A stretch of 64,000 bases of DNA, taken from assembly GCA_002269645.1 (NCBI GenBank), contig NIVC01000386.1:372001-436000 (forward strand), given 5' to 3'. Of this stretch, positions 63,933-64,000 are shown one piece after another. The stretch comes from Macrostomum lignano (lineage: Eukaryota). How positions within the stretch are numbered: position 1 is the stretch's first letter; each line of letters opens with the position of its first letter. Under the pieces are notes generated by a model. That model was not told where the DNA came from and ran no database searches. It saw only the letters and a program-made list of their open reading frames with translations. Made by a program: the position numbers and the translations under genes.

Positions 63933-64000
<68 letters not shown>
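63719..64000. repeat. (TTAG)n microsatellite running off the window
   Basis: Direct reading. Confidence 0.97.

Overview
Eukaryotic (metazoan) genomic DNA holding the 3' ~80% of one very large + strand gene for a Fat-like protocadherin of the FAT1/2/3 (kugelei/ft2) group. It encodes about 27 cadherin repeats, one laminin-G domain, four EGF repeats, one TM helix and a cytoplasmic tail with the GYHWDTSDW motif (stop at 63045-63047). I reconstructed 20 GT-AG exons by hand plus a probable 39-nt microexon. Splice phases match at every junction except across the 18.9-kb intron (29255-48117), where about 25-30 codons appear to be missing. Nearly every intron carries its own unrelated micro/minisatellite (about 43 arrays), and these explain almost all long low-complexity ORFs in the track. 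GC-rich exons with minisatellite-filled introns resemble the flatworm Macrostomum lignano, but that is inference only. The most unusual signal is that six arrays sit on splice junctions and multiply the splice sites. In the last intron, 7 in-frame donors face 5 in-frame acceptors, allowing up to 35 stop-free tail variants. In addition, five introns filled by unrelated repeats all measure 490-506 nt. No rRNA, tRNA, CRISPR array or intact transposon was found.
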